DNA from: Cryomorphaceae bacterium
GTDB lineage: Bacteria; Bacteroidota; Bacteroidia; Flavobacteriales_G; Salibacteraceae
Length of the DNA stretch: 64,000 nucleotides
Direction of reading: 5' to 3'
Assembly: GCA_040221375.1 (NCBI GenBank)
Contig: JAVKEP010000072.1
Coordinates: forward strand, 6,036 to 70,035
Shown: positions 45,461 to 55,581 of the stretch, piece by piece
Layout: each line of letters starts with the position of its first letter
How positions within the stretch are numbered: position 1 is the stretch's first letter
Notes under the pieces: model-generated
Seen by the model: the letters and a program-made list of their open reading frames with translations, nothing else
Databases searched by the model: none
What the model was told of the DNA's origin: nothing
Made by a program: the position numbers and the translations under genes

Positions 45461-46709
45461 ATTTCTGTTGAAGGAATTGTTCCGTATAGATGCGTAGCGC
45501 TTCGATGTCGATGTGCTCAGTTACTTCACCGGCGAAGGCTTGAACCAGCAACTTGCCTGCGGCCTCCTTGCTGAGGCCTCTGGTTTGTAGGTAAAACATC
45601 GCCTCTTCATCCAACTGTCCGATGGTGCATCCGTGCGAGCATTTTACGTCATCCGCGTAAATTTCGAGCTCGGGCTTGGTATTGATCGTCGCCTTATCCG
45701 AAAGTAGAATGTTTTGGTTGCTCTGGAAAGCGTTGGTCTGTTGAGCTTCGCGGTGCACCATGATCTTCCCGTTAAAGACTCCGGTAGATCGATCGGTCAT
45801 CACGCCCTTGTACAACTCATTGCTGTTGCAATTTGGCGCCAAGTGGTCAACATAGGTATGGTTGTCGATGTGCTGTTTCCCTGAGGTGAAATACACTCCG
45901 TACATATTGCTTTCGCAACCTGTTCCGTTCACTGTGAAGTTTAAGTTGTTTCGCACCAAATTCCCAGAACTGGTGATCGTCACCACCTTGCTGGTGCTGT
46001 CCTTTTCTTGCGCAACCTGCGTAGAGTGAATTTGTGCACTCTCCGAGCCTTCGTCTTGCATCAAGTAGAGGGAGGCATTCGCGCCTTCTCCAATGCTCAT
46101 CTCGGTCACGGCGTTTGTGAATGCTCCTTGGTTATTCTGCCCGGCAAACAACTGAACGAATTCCGCTTTCGCGTTTGCGCCCACCAAAATGAGGTTACGC
46201 GCATTGTTGGCTTGAAGTTTACCGGCGCTGATTTGCAGTATACAAATTGGCTTTTCAACCTGAGCGCCATCAGCGACGGTAATGAATGCGCCGTCCTGAA
46301 AATAGCTCGTATTGAGCGCATTAAAGGCATGTCGGTCTCGGTCAACATAGCGATCTAAGTGATCGAGCATTTGGTCTTTTCGCGCACCTTCTGCCTTGCT
46401 CATCGCTGTCATTTCTACCCCTTGGATTGACCCGGTATCAGAAAGCCGTTCTGAGTATTTGCCGTTGATGAAAACGAGGTAATGGGCGTCGAGGTGGTCG
46501 ATTCGGAACGATTCAATGGAATCTATGTTGACCAAATTCCTTGCATAACTTGCCCCCAACAACGCCTGAACACGCGTGTATTTCCAATACTCATCCCGTG
46601 TAGTCGGAAACTCCATTCCGTTGTGAATAACGGCCCTGGCCGACCCCTGCGCCGGGAAGAGGGCAGTCAATTCATCGAACTGTTTTAGAAAATCTAGTTT
46701 ATTCGCCAT
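45441..46709 (-). CDS. sufD: Fe-S cluster assembly protein SufD
   Basis: 422 aa. WKYT motif near the N-terminus and a beta-helix repeat region. Sits between sufC and sufS. Confidence 0.9.
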   Translation of the reverse strand: MANKLDFLKQFDELTALFPAQGSARAVIHNGMEFPTTRDEYWKYTRVQALLGASYARNLVNIDSIESFRIDHLDAHYLVFINGKYSERLSDTGSIQGVEMTAMSKAEGARKDQMLDHLDRYVDRDRHAFNALNTSYFQDGAFITVADGAQVEKPICILQISAGKLQANNARNLILVGANAKAEFVQLFAGQNNQGAFTNAVTEMSIGEGANASLYLMQDEGSESAQIHSTQVAQEKDSTSKVVTITSSGNLVRNNLNFTVNGTGCESNMYGVYFTSGKQHIDNHTYVDHLAPNCNSNELYKGVMTDRSTGVFNGKIMVHREAQQTNAFQSNQNILLSDKATINTKPELEIYADDVKCSHGCTIGQLDEEAMFYLQTRGLSKEAAGKLLVQAFAGEVTEHIDIEALRIYTEQFLQQKFEDLDA

Positions 46710-46718
46710 GGTTATCGT

Positions 46719-47483
46719 TTAGACTGCTTCTACTTCGTTGATGATCCAATCGTATCCTTTTTCTTCGAGTTCCAAGGCCAATGTCTTATCCCCTGACTTA
46801 ACGATTCTTCCATTGTACAATACATGGACAAAATCCGGGACGATATAGTTGAGCAAACGCTGATAGTGTGTGATAAGGATGAAGGCATTGTCCTTCGATT
46901 TCAGTTTATTCACCCCATTCGCAACGATTTTGAGCGCGTCGATATCGAGTCCAGAATCGGTTTCATCCAGAATGCCGAGTCGGGGTTGTAACATTGCCAT
47001 TTGGAAGATCTCGTTGCGCTTCTTTTCTCCTCCCGAAAAGCCTTCATTGACCGAACGATTGGCGAGTGATTGCTTGAGCTCAACCAGGGCCTGTTTTTCC
47101 TTGACCAATTGCATAAACTCTTTGGCCGATATGTCCTCCAAGCCTTGATGCGCCCGCTTGGCATTGATGGCGGCTTTGAGAAAGTTTATGTTGCTCACGC
47201 CTGGAATTTCGACTGGATACTGAAAGGCCAAGAACAGTCCTTCGCGCGAGCGCTCTTCCGGTGCCATTTCCAGCAGGTCCTTCCCAAGGAATTTAACGTG
47301 GTCGGCTTCAACTTCGTACTCCTCCCTACCTGCTAATACAGACGACAAGGTACTTTTCCCGCTCCCATTGGGACCCATAATTGCATGTACTTCTCCCGCG
47401 TTTACTTCAAGGTTGATCCCCTTTAAAATCTGGTTGCCCTCGATTGAGGCGTGAAGGTTTTTAACGTCTAAAAAATCACTCAT
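46719..47483 (-). CDS. sufC: Fe-S cluster assembly ATPase SufC
   Basis: Walker [10 protein letters not shown], signature FSGGEKKR, Walker [13 protein letters not shown]. Confidence 0.95.
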   Translation of the reverse strand: MSDFLDVKNLHASIEGNQILKGINLEVNAGEVHAIMGPNGSGKSTLSSVLAGREEYEVEADHVKFLGKDLLEMAPEERSREGLFLAFQYPVEIPGVSNINFLKAAINAKRAHQGLEDISAKEFMQLVKEKQALVELKQSLANRSVNEGFSGGEKKRNEIFQMAMLQPRLGILDETDSGLDIDALKIVANGVNKLKSKDNAFILITHYQRLLNYIVPDFVHVLYNGRIVKSGDKTLALELEEKGYDWIINEVEAV

Positions 47484-48909
47484 TTCTCTTTGCTTTTATG
47501 TAGTAAACAATTGCGTTTTCTAATTGATCGATGGTGTCGACCGAATAACCTGTTCTTATCTTGGCTTTCATCTCCGAATTACTCGCCAAAACCTTGTCGC
47601 CAGGATGAATATCCCAGTTCGTAATCTGAATGGACTGGCCTTGGCTCTCAAGCTTGTGTTTATAAAATATCAACGCCCCACTGAACCCTTTGTGCATCAC
47701 TTTCAAGCCATCTATATCCTTGTCTGACTTGGATGCTTGCCATAAGTACCTGGCACTCATCTCGTCCTTGGCGTGTCCAGATTCCATATAATTCGCCTGG
47801 GATTTTCCAAACATCCTGATGCTCGGCAACACCAATAACAAGGCGACCATTATCATTGTTTGCTTGTCCCCCATTGCATTTGAGACCCGAGCGCCTAAAT
47901 AGGCAATCATCAACGCGAACAACGGCAGGACTGGGTTTAAGTAGTGTTCATATCGCGTACTGGAAAGGTTGAGAACGAGTAAGAAGCTTATGGCCATTAC
48001 CGCTATGAGCTTTTGGACGTTACCTTCTTTGTATCGATCCTTAAGCGCTACGTATATCGCAACCAAAGCTATGCTGGTCCATTGAACAAACCTCGCCGAC
48101 GTGAGGGTCTTGATATAGTGGTCGTTCGATTTAAAGTATCCCATTGCTTCTGTGTACCGACCAATGTGTCGTTCAAACATGAAGGATAGGAAGCCGGGGT
48201 GGGCCGACTCTCTGAGTGCGATGTACAGCACAGGTATTCCCAACCCGATGCCCAGTGCCACATAAAACCCCTTCATTGTAAAGAGCTTTGGAATGCTTTC
48301 ACGCTTGTACAGCATCAAGTACACCGCCATGCCAGGAACGAACAAAAAGCCTGCTACCGACTTGGTTAAAAACGAAAGAGCTATCGCCGACCCCAATAAT
48401 ACCACCGACGCATTGTCTTCCTTCGCAAGGAACCTCTTGAATGCCAATAATTGCAGCAACATGGTGAACGCGAGCAAGGCGTCGGCCTCCATTCCTCTTC
48501 CTGTATGGTAGTGAATAAAGCCGCCACTGGTCAGAAGCACCCCTGCGCCAAGCCAACCAGCGAGCGTTCCAAATTCGCGCTTTGCGAAAAAGAACACCAT
48601 CAATACCGAGAGGGCTGCCGCAATTGCGCTCGGAAGCCTCAGCGCCAATTCATTGATTCCAAGCGTCTTCAGAAACAGGATTTGAATCCAAGATTGCAAA
48701 GGCGGCTTCGTACCAAGGTTGATCGGCGACCCGTCAAAATATGGGACCAACCATGAATTATGCATCATCATTTCGGTTGCGTGTACCGCGAAATAACTCT
48801 CGTCCCAAAGCCTCACTGGAAAACTGTCTAGCTTCAGAAAGATGAACAGATAAATAGGAATTGTCAGCAGCAACCAACTCCATTCTTTGTATGAGCGGCT
48901 CGTGGTCAT
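47476..48909 (-). CDS. GT-C-fold membrane glycosyltransferase (ArnT/PMT_2-like), copy 2
   Basis: [15 protein letters not shown] and RLPSAIAA motifs; ~11 TM helices. 8-nt overlap with the sufC start and ATGA overlap with copy 1. Confidence 0.7.
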   Translation of the reverse strand: MTTSRSYKEWSWLLLTIPIYLFIFLKLDSFPVRLWDESYFAVHATEMMMHNSWLVPYFDGSPINLGTKPPLQSWIQILFLKTLGINELALRLPSAIAAALSVLMVFFFAKREFGTLAGWLGAGVLLTSGGFIHYHTGRGMEADALLAFTMLLQLLAFKRFLAKEDNASVVLLGSAIALSFLTKSVAGFLFVPGMAVYLMLYKRESIPKLFTMKGFYVALGIGLGIPVLYIALRESAHPGFLSFMFERHIGRYTEAMGYFKSNDHYIKTLTSARFVQWTSIALVAIYVALKDRYKEGNVQKLIAVMAISFLLVLNLSSTRYEHYLNPVLPLFALMIAYLGARVSNAMGDKQTMIMVALLLVLPSIRMFGKSQANYMESGHAKDEMSARYLWQASKSDKDIDGLKVMHKGFSGALIFYKHKLESQGQSIQITNWDIHPGDKVLASNSEMKAKIRTGYSVDTIDQLENAIVYYIKAKRNE

Positions 48910-50393
48910 GGCTGTATGACTTGCGTTTCAAACGGTGTTACAGAACTGTCTTTAGGAAGGACGGTCTTCTTCGAAATGATCTCAAACAGGTACACGTTTT
49001 CTAACTGATCCAATGTGTCCAAAACAAACAAGGAGTCGATCTCTTTCTTGTGCTTATCAGAATCCACGAGCGCTAGTTCGCCTACCTTCAAATCGAGGTT
49101 ATTCTGCAGGTTGATATGTTGACCTGCAATCTTGAATTTATATTTATAGAACAAGAGCGCGCCATCAAAATGGTCATGCACGACATTCAAACCATCGATG
49201 TTTCGGCCTTCGTTGTACGCGTTGAATAGGTACTGCTCTTCCATTTCGTAATACTTAGACCACATGTCAATTTTGTTTTCTTGCGTTTTTCGCAACATCA
49301 CATGGCATGGCCATGCAAATAAGAGTGCAATTAAAATTGCTTTTTGCCATGCTTTTAGTGGGGTAATCGCCAAGGAAACCAGGTAGCCCAAGCTCACCCC
49401 AATCAAGGGGTAAATTGGCATTAAGTACCACTCAAGCTTACTTCGCGCGATGCTGATTAGTAAAAAATACACGAGGGTCAGCGTTGAGGCAAATTGGAAG
49501 GGCTTGGCCGCTGGATCTTTTTTAAAGAACGGAAGAAAAACGGCCACCATCGCAAAGGGCAAATACATGCGAAGTCGCTCGTCTTTAAGTCGGTTGAAAT
49601 AATAATCAATGGGTTGATCGTGCCCTACATCATTGACCAAGCGTCCGGCTTGTCGTCCAATTAAAAAGCTCATGTGGCCGGGTTGTGCAAGTTCGCGCAC
49701 CAACAAATAGCTGAGTCCACCCAACACGCCTGTGCCGATGATTAAGTAGGTTTCTTTGGCCTTCAACGCGTCGATCAGGCTGCGTCGGTCGTAGAGCAAG
49801 AGGTACATCAAAAACCCAGGAAGCATCATGAATCCGGCGACATTCTTTACCCAGAAGGAGATGGCGATCATGGCCGCAAGTCCCCAAAGCGCCTTTTTTT
49901 GTTTCGATGTTAGCCAGTTCCAAAAGAAGTATACTTGGGCAATAATAGTCAGCGTAAGCAGGGCGTCAGCCTCGCCACCTCTCGCTGTATGGAAGTGCAC
50001 AAACCCGTCTATTGTGAGCATAAACAACGCGGCCATCCATGCCACCGACTCAGAAGACACCTTGCGTACCCAATGAAAAATTAGGAGAACTGTGAGTCCA
50101 GCGGCGATTGCGCTTGGCAAGCGAACAGCCAGTTCATTGTATCCGATCGCCTTAATGAAAACCATCTGAAGCCACGTCTGCAAAGGAGGCTTGCTGCCAT
50201 AAAACACAGCCTCCCCGTTGTAGTACGGGACGAGCAGCGATCCACGTTCGAGCATTTCATATGCGTGAACCACGAACCAGCCTTCATCCCATAATCGAAT
50301 ATGGAACGCGCCCAACTTCACGAATAAGAATGCATAGATAGGGACGAGCAAGAGGACCCAACTCAGGTGGCGGTATTTCGAGAAAAACTCCAT
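48906..50393 (-). CDS. GT-C-fold membrane glycosyltransferase (ArnT/PMT_2-like), copy 1
   Basis: RLWDEGWF, KPPLQTW and RLPSAIAA motifs. Collinear with copy 2. Starts 6 nt after the sufB stop. Confidence 0.7.
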   Translation of the reverse strand: MEFFSKYRHLSWVLLLVPIYAFLFVKLGAFHIRLWDEGWFVVHAYEMLERGSLLVPYYNGEAVFYGSKPPLQTWLQMVFIKAIGYNELAVRLPSAIAAGLTVLLIFHWVRKVSSESVAWMAALFMLTIDGFVHFHTARGGEADALLTLTIIAQVYFFWNWLTSKQKKALWGLAAMIAISFWVKNVAGFMMLPGFLMYLLLYDRRSLIDALKAKETYLIIGTGVLGGLSYLLVRELAQPGHMSFLIGRQAGRLVNDVGHDQPIDYYFNRLKDERLRMYLPFAMVAVFLPFFKKDPAAKPFQFASTLTLVYFLLISIARSKLEWYLMPIYPLIGVSLGYLVSLAITPLKAWQKAILIALLFAWPCHVMLRKTQENKIDMWSKYYEMEEQYLFNAYNEGRNIDGLNVVHDHFDGALLFYKYKFKIAGQHINLQNNLDLKVGELALVDSDKHKKEIDSLFVLDTLDQLENVYLFEIISKKTVLPKDSSVTPFETQVIQP

Positions 50394-50399
50394 GAACGA

Positions 50400-51848
50400 T
50401 TAACCGACGCTTCCTTCTAGGGATATGCTCAGCAGTTTCTGTGCTTCAATGGCGAATTCCATGGGGAGCTTATTCAGGACTTCTTTGGCGTACCCGTTGA
50501 CAATTAGGCTAACCGCCTTTTCTTCATCAATACCCCGTTGCAGGCAGTAGAATATTTGATCCTCTCCAATCTTAGAGGTGGTGGCTTCATGCTCTACCTT
50601 GGATGTGCTGTTCTGCGTTTCAATGTATGGAAAGGTGTGCGCTCCACATTCGCTTCCTAAGAGGAGCGAATCGCACTGGCTAAAGTTCCTTGAATTGCTT
50701 GCTTTAGGCAGTATTTTCACCAAGCCTCGGTAACTGTTATTGCTCTTTCCGGCCGAAATTCCTTTCGAGATGATCGTGCTCTTGGTGTTTTTGCCAATGT
50801 GGATCATCTTGGTGCCCGTGTCAGCTTGTTGGTGGTTATTGGTCACGGCTACGGAATAAAATTCTCCAACGGAATGATCGCCTTTTAAGATGCAACTCGG
50901 ATATTTCCACGTAATCGCCGATCCGGTCTCAACTTGGGTCCAGCTGATTTTCGAATTATTTCCCTCGCAAAGTCCACGCTTCGTCACAAAATTGTAGATA
51001 CCCCCTTTTCCGTTCTCGTCTCCCGGATACCAGTTCTGAACTGTGCTGTACTTGATTTCAGCATCGTCCATGGCAATCAACTCAACTACTGCTGCGTGCA
51101 ATTGATTTTCATCCCGTTGTGGAGCCGTGCATCCTTCCAAATAGCTCACGTAGCTTCCTGATTCAGCCACGACCAACGTGCGTTCAAACTGGCCCGTTTG
51201 CGCTTCATTGATGCGGAAATAGGTGCTCAACTCCATCGGGCATCGTACCCCCTTGGGAATGTAGCAGAAAGATCCGTCTGTAAAAACAGCAGAGTTCAGC
51301 GCGGCGTAAAAATTGTCGTTGGAAGGCACCACTGTTCCCAGGTACTTCTTCACCAATTCAGGATGTTCCTTGACTGCTTCAGAAAACGAACAAAAGATGA
51401 TGCCCAGCTCACCGAGTTTCGCTTTGAACGAAGTCTCTACACTTACGCTGTCGATCACCACGTCAACCGCCACGCCGACAAGTCTTTTTTGTTCCTCGGT
51501 GCTGATGCCCAACTTGTCGTACATGCTCTTGAGCTCGGGATCTACCTCATCCAAACTGTTGAGCTTCTTCTTAGTCTTGGGGGCGGAGTAGTAATAGATA
51601 TCTTGAAAATCGACTTCAGGGTAATGCACATGTGCCCATGTTGGCTCCTGCATTTCCAGCCAGATTTTATATGCATTAAGCCGGTATTCGAGCAGCCACT
51701 CTGGCTCTTCTTTCTTGGCGGAAATCAAACGAATGATGTCTTCGTTCAATCCTTTCGGAGCCTTGTCCGACTCGAAATTTGAAACAAAGCCGAATTCGTA
51801 CTTCTTCTGCTTTAAGTCTTTTGCTAATTCTTCTTCTGTGTATGCCAT
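50400..51848 (-). CDS. sufB: Fe-S cluster assembly scaffold SufB
   Basis: 482 aa. [12 protein letters not shown]...KYEFGF... and the conserved C-terminal region typical of SufB. Confidence 0.95.
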   Translation of the reverse strand: MAYTEEELAKDLKQKKYEFGFVSNFESDKAPKGLNEDIIRLISAKKEEPEWLLEYRLNAYKIWLEMQEPTWAHVHYPEVDFQDIYYYSAPKTKKKLNSLDEVDPELKSMYDKLGISTEEQKRLVGVAVDVVIDSVSVETSFKAKLGELGIIFCSFSEAVKEHPELVKKYLGTVVPSNDNFYAALNSAVFTDGSFCYIPKGVRCPMELSTYFRINEAQTGQFERTLVVAESGSYVSYLEGCTAPQRDENQLHAAVVELIAMDDAEIKYSTVQNWYPGDENGKGGIYNFVTKRGLCEGNNSKISWTQVETGSAITWKYPSCILKGDHSVGEFYSVAVTNNHQQADTGTKMIHIGKNTKSTIISKGISAGKSNNSYRGLVKILPKASNSRNFSQCDSLLLGSECGAHTFPYIETQNSTSKVEHEATTSKIGEDQIFYCLQRGIDEEKAVSLIVNGYAKEVLNKLPMEFAIEAQKLLSISLEGSVG

Positions 51849-51863
51849 CCTCGATGCTTAGGT

Positions 51864-52190
51864 TCAAATAGAAAAACTCTCGCCGCACCCGCACGTGCGA
51901 TTCGCGTTTGGGTTGATAAAGGAGAAGCCCTTTCCATTGAGTCCTCCGGCAAAATCCAATTCGGTTCCTACCAAGTAGAGGAAGCTCTTTTTATCGACCA
52001 CGATTCGGACGCCCTTGTCTTCAAAGACCTTATCGTCTTCACGTAGTTGGGTATCGAAGTCCATCAAATAGGTCAACCCCGAACACCCTCCGCCTTTCAC
52101 TCCTACACGGATGAAGGAATCCTGACTCACTTGTTGATCGGCCTTCAATTTGAAGACTTGATCCTTCGCGTTATCGCTTACCTTAATCAT
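51864..52190 (-). CDS. sufA: A-type Fe-S carrier (IscA/SufA/ErpA family)
   Basis: MIKVSDNAKDQ...GGGCSG...CGCGESF. ATG at 52190 preferred over the TTG at 52199. Confidence 0.9.
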   Translation of the reverse strand: MIKVSDNAKDQVFKLKADQQVSQDSFIRVGVKGGGCSGLTYLMDFDTQLREDDKVFEDKGVRIVVDKKSFLYLVGTELDFAGGLNGKGFSFINPNANRTCGCGESFSI

Positions 52191-52228
52191 GCTATTCAAA
52201 CAGTTTGAGTTTCTATTGGATTTGGGTC

Positions 52229-52249
52229 TATTTAGATTAAGTCTAAATA
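52229..52249. promoter_or_regulatory. 8-5-8 palindrome upstream of the suf operon (candidate operator)
   Basis: TATTTAGA-ttaag-TCTAAATA, 39 nt upstream of the sufA ATG. AT-only arms, so weak statistically. Confidence 0.25.
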
Positions 52250-52327
52250 AAAACCAAAATCACCGCGAAAATACCGCAAATAGGGGAAAGAAGCAAGGTC
52301 TCCGACTTAAAACTTATCCGTTGGGCA

Positions 52328-53035
52328 TCATCCAGCCACTTCTTGCGCAAACTTGAGTTTCAATCGTTTACGAATGAGCCAGGTACAGAAGTAGAGCACG
52401 GGAGTATCGGCGAGCGCTGCCAGCGACTTGAACATCCAGCCATCTCTGACGAAACCGCCGATTTGTTCCCATGACAACGTTCCAGCAAATAGTACCACGA
52501 CCACCAGCGTTGTGTCTACCAATTGAGAAACGACGGTCGATGCGTTGTTTCGTAGCCATAAATACCTTCCTCCTGTCAATTTTTTCCAAAAATGGAAGAG
52601 GCGTACATCCACGAGTTGAGCTATGATATAGGCCACCATCGACGACATGATTACGCGCCAAGAATTGCCGTAGGCGGTTTGGTACAACTCATCCGATACT
52701 GGGGATTCAGCGATCGATGGGAAGCGACTTCCCAGCCATAGGATGGCAAGAGTAAACACCAATGCTGCGAAACCCATCAGGACTACCTGATTGGTCTTTC
52801 GTTTTCCGTAAATTTCGGATAGAATATCGGTGACCAAGAAGGTGATTGGATAGGGCAAGACGCCCGCCGAAAGGATGAAGGTTTTGAATCCCAAATCGAC
52901 CGTCACAAACTTATTTGCGATCAAATTGCACACGATGAGCGCCGTAACAAACAGCGTAGCGAGTAATAAATAGAGCCCGTCAGCTTTCTTTCGAGTAGCA
53001 CGATTCATGGACACAAATGAATGGAATTTAGGCAT
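52328..53035 (-). CDS. yhhQ: Queuosine-precursor transporter (YhhQ/VUT family)
   Basis: Multi-TM with the VLPYPITFLVTDILSEIYGK motif typical of YhhQ/DUF165. Confidence 0.85.
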   Translation of the reverse strand: MPKFHSFVSMNRATRKKADGLYLLLATLFVTALIVCNLIANKFVTVDLGFKTFILSAGVLPYPITFLVTDILSEIYGKRKTNQVVLMGFAALVFTLAILWLGSRFPSIAESPVSDELYQTAYGNSWRVIMSSMVAYIIAQLVDVRLFHFWKKLTGGRYLWLRNNASTVVSQLVDTTLVVVVLFAGTLSWEQIGGFVRDGWMFKSLAALADTPVLYFCTWLIRKRLKLKFAQEVAG

Positions 53036-53090
53036 GGATCCTTTGAAAAACTTGCTTATGGCCTTGCGTCAAAAGTCCTGAACTGCGTCT

Positions 53091-55385
53091 GTGCACAGGA
53101 CATTTCTTCATTCCACAATTTACCTCGAATGCATACCTTGGCTTTCCAATATTAAAGTTGCTCGACTCTTGAAACTGTTATCTATTCTTTTGATAGTCGT
53201 CTGTCTAGCAGGCGAGGCCGTCGCTCAGAATCCAGAAATCGATTCGCTTCGAAAGCGCATGCGGGCAAATCCTGATGTTGGGGTAATTGCATGTGAACTG
53301 TGCGAAGCGTTTGTTCGCTACACCATGCCAGACAGTGCAAGGATTTGCTTGAATCGAACGCAGTTGAGGCGAAGCAACTCAGACGAAATCAAGATCCGTG
53401 CGCAACTCACCGCTTCGCGAATAGAAACGATCACCTATCAATATAAGCGCGCGAAGGTGCATTACGACAGTGCACTTAGGATTATGCGGTCGGGCAAACC
53501 TAGTTTTCGGACCGCACAAAACGTCTATGAAACCATCTTGGTTCAAAGCGCTTTTTTCGCAGACTGCGATTATGGGTCGCTCTTGGCCGATGAATTTATC
53601 CGGCTCTGTCAAAAGCAAAAAAATGATTCTCTCTACTTAGTGTCGATCATGCAAAAAGCGCGCTTCTTAGAATGTCAAGCCGCTGGTGATTCTGCTCATG
53701 TAGCATTGATTGAGGAAGCAGAAGAACTTTGCTTCAGGCATCCAGAGCTTTACGGAGCGTATTACGAACTTCTCGGCAACCATCACTATTACTTCGGTCG
53801 ACTTCCTAAGTCCATTGAATTTTGTCTCCTCGCGGAGAATGCGTACAGACAAAACAATGACCTAAAAAGGCTAGAAGGCCTTTACGGGATATTCGTGAGC
53901 GCGTACGAAGAAATGTCAGATTTCGATCGAGCCCTGCAATACATGTTGCTCGCCCAGCCGATGGTGGAAAGTGAAGTAGACGAAACGTGGGCGGAGTATT
54001 ACAATACCCTAGGTTGGATCTATTACCGCTTAGGAATGGTAGACAGTGCGCTTTCGGCCATCAGAACATCGTCGAAGCACCACAAAGAGCTTACGCCGGG
54101 CAATCCAGAGCTCGCTTATCCCATCGGAAACCTCGGTCTGATTTTCAAAGCCTTGGGCGAACTGGATAGCGCGAAAATGTATTCAAATCGGGCGATTGAG
54201 TTATTTACAATTCTGAATCTCGATAATGGTGTCGCGGAAGCACTGAATAACTTGGGAGCCATAGCATTGGAAGAATCTCAGGTTGATTTGGCTATTCAAT
54301 ACTTTGATCGGGCACTACAACTCCTCGAAGAAAATGTGGTTGATCGTTACGAAGAAATGAAGTCTTTGGAGGGTCTTTACTTAGCACTTCAAGACCGGGA
54401 TCCGAAGCGTGCAATTCGACATTTTCAGCGATTCACTGAACTGAAAATTGCTTTGCTCAGTAAGGAGGAAGCGTTGAAAGCGCTCCAACTCGAGGCCGAG
54501 TTCTATCAAGACCGTAACGAGGACCGCATCCGTGAACTGAAGTACGAATCTCAGCTCAAGTCGCTGGAAATAGAGCAGAAGAACAACCGTATCCTACTTA
54601 CTTCGTTTGCCTTGCTCTTCATGATTTTCGTATCTGGCCTCATATTTTTTTATTGGCTACAACGCAGGAGCATGATTGCTTCTCTCGAAGAATCGAACAT
54701 GGTCAATGAGCGAATCATTTCAATGATCAGCCACGACTTCAGGGGTCCGCTCAACAATGTGAAAGTTACCTTGGAGTTATTGCAGTCTAAGGACATGGAT
54801 ATCAATGAATTCATGATCATTTCTAAAGACCTTTACAGGCAGAGTTCGGATCTTTCTCTCATGTTCGATTCATTCGTCGGATGGGCAATTTCTCAGCGAG
54901 ACGGCTACTTGCCTGCCAAGGTGTCTTTTAAGTGGTCGGTAATCGTTGACGAAGTGATCAGCCTCTCTGAACCGCTGGCAAAGCTTAAAAACATACGGAT
55001 CAAGCTCAAGGCGCTTTCCGATGTACATCTCGAAACGGACCGGATGGCTGCCTCGCTCATTCTACGCAATCTCTTGGCCAACGCCATCAAATATTCCCAC
55101 GATAATTCTTCCATCGAAATCGAATACTTTCAAGAAGAAAATTGGGTACACACCTCGGTCAGAGATTATGGCATCGGCATTTCTCAAGATAAGTTACACC
55201 GCTTACTGACCACGGGAGATGGTTCCACCATGGGGACGAAAAATGAATATGGGGCTGGACTCGGCCTTCGAATGGTCATTCGATATATAAAAAGCATTGG
55301 TGGAAGCATCAAAGCCGAAAGTGAAAAGGGAAAAGGGACCAAATTCATGGTCAGCATTCCTTTGACGCTCACCTCAACGCGCTGA
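53091..55385 (+). CDS. TPR-repeat sensor histidine kinase (GTG start uncertain)
   Basis: About 400 aa of TPR-like repeats, a coiled coil, one TM, H-box SMISHDFRGPLN, N-box NLLANAIKYS and G-boxes DYGIG and GAGLGL. Confidence 0.85.
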   Translation: MHRTFLHSTIYLECIPWLSNIKVARLLKLLSILLIVVCLAGEAVAQNPEIDSLRKRMRANPDVGVIACELCEAFVRYTMPDSARICLNRTQLRRSNSDEIKIRAQLTASRIETITYQYKRAKVHYDSALRIMRSGKPSFRTAQNVYETILVQSAFFADCDYGSLLADEFIRLCQKQKNDSLYLVSIMQKARFLECQAAGDSAHVALIEEAEELCFRHPELYGAYYELLGNHHYYFGRLPKSIEFCLLAENAYRQNNDLKRLEGLYGIFVSAYEEMSDFDRALQYMLLAQPMVESEVDETWAEYYNTLGWIYYRLGMVDSALSAIRTSSKHHKELTPGNPELAYPIGNLGLIFKALGELDSAKMYSNRAIELFTILNLDNGVAEALNNLGAIALEESQVDLAIQYFDRALQLLEENVVDRYEEMKSLEGLYLALQDRDPKRAIRHFQRFTELKIALLSKEEALKALQLEAEFYQDRNEDRIRELKYESQLKSLEIEQKNNRILLTSFALLFMIFVSGLIFFYWLQRRSMIASLEESNMVNERIISMISHDFRGPLNNVKVTLELLQSKDMDINEFMIISKDLYRQSSDLSLMFDSFVGWAISQRDGYLPAKVSFKWSVIVDEVISLSEPLAKLKNIRIKLKALSDVHLETDRMAASLILRNLLANAIKYSHDNSSIEIEYFQEENWVHTSVRDYGIGISQDKLHRLLTTGDGSTMGTKNEYGAGLGLRMVIRYIKSIGGSIKAESEKGKGTKFMVSIPLTLTSTR

Positions 55386-55581
55386 GCAGGAAGTCGCATA
55401 AACGTTGGCCATGGGCCGCAAAGGGCTACCAGAATGTGGGTCGTTTAACGCAGAACCGTGGAGACCACAGGCGCACGCTTAGCAAGACTCCTAGCAGTTG
55501 CATCGCGCGGATTTATTATGCCTGGCAAGAGAACAATAGCAGCTTGGTGTATGTTTGAACGATCCGTCCTAATCCCATCCC

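Noticed and set aside
55522-55541. CTGGCAAGAGAACAATAGCA upstream of the carotenoid desaturase looked like a sigma-54 -24/-12 promoter; rpoN is in the window.
   Set aside because: The -12 TTGC element is absent at the required spacing (CAAT instead).
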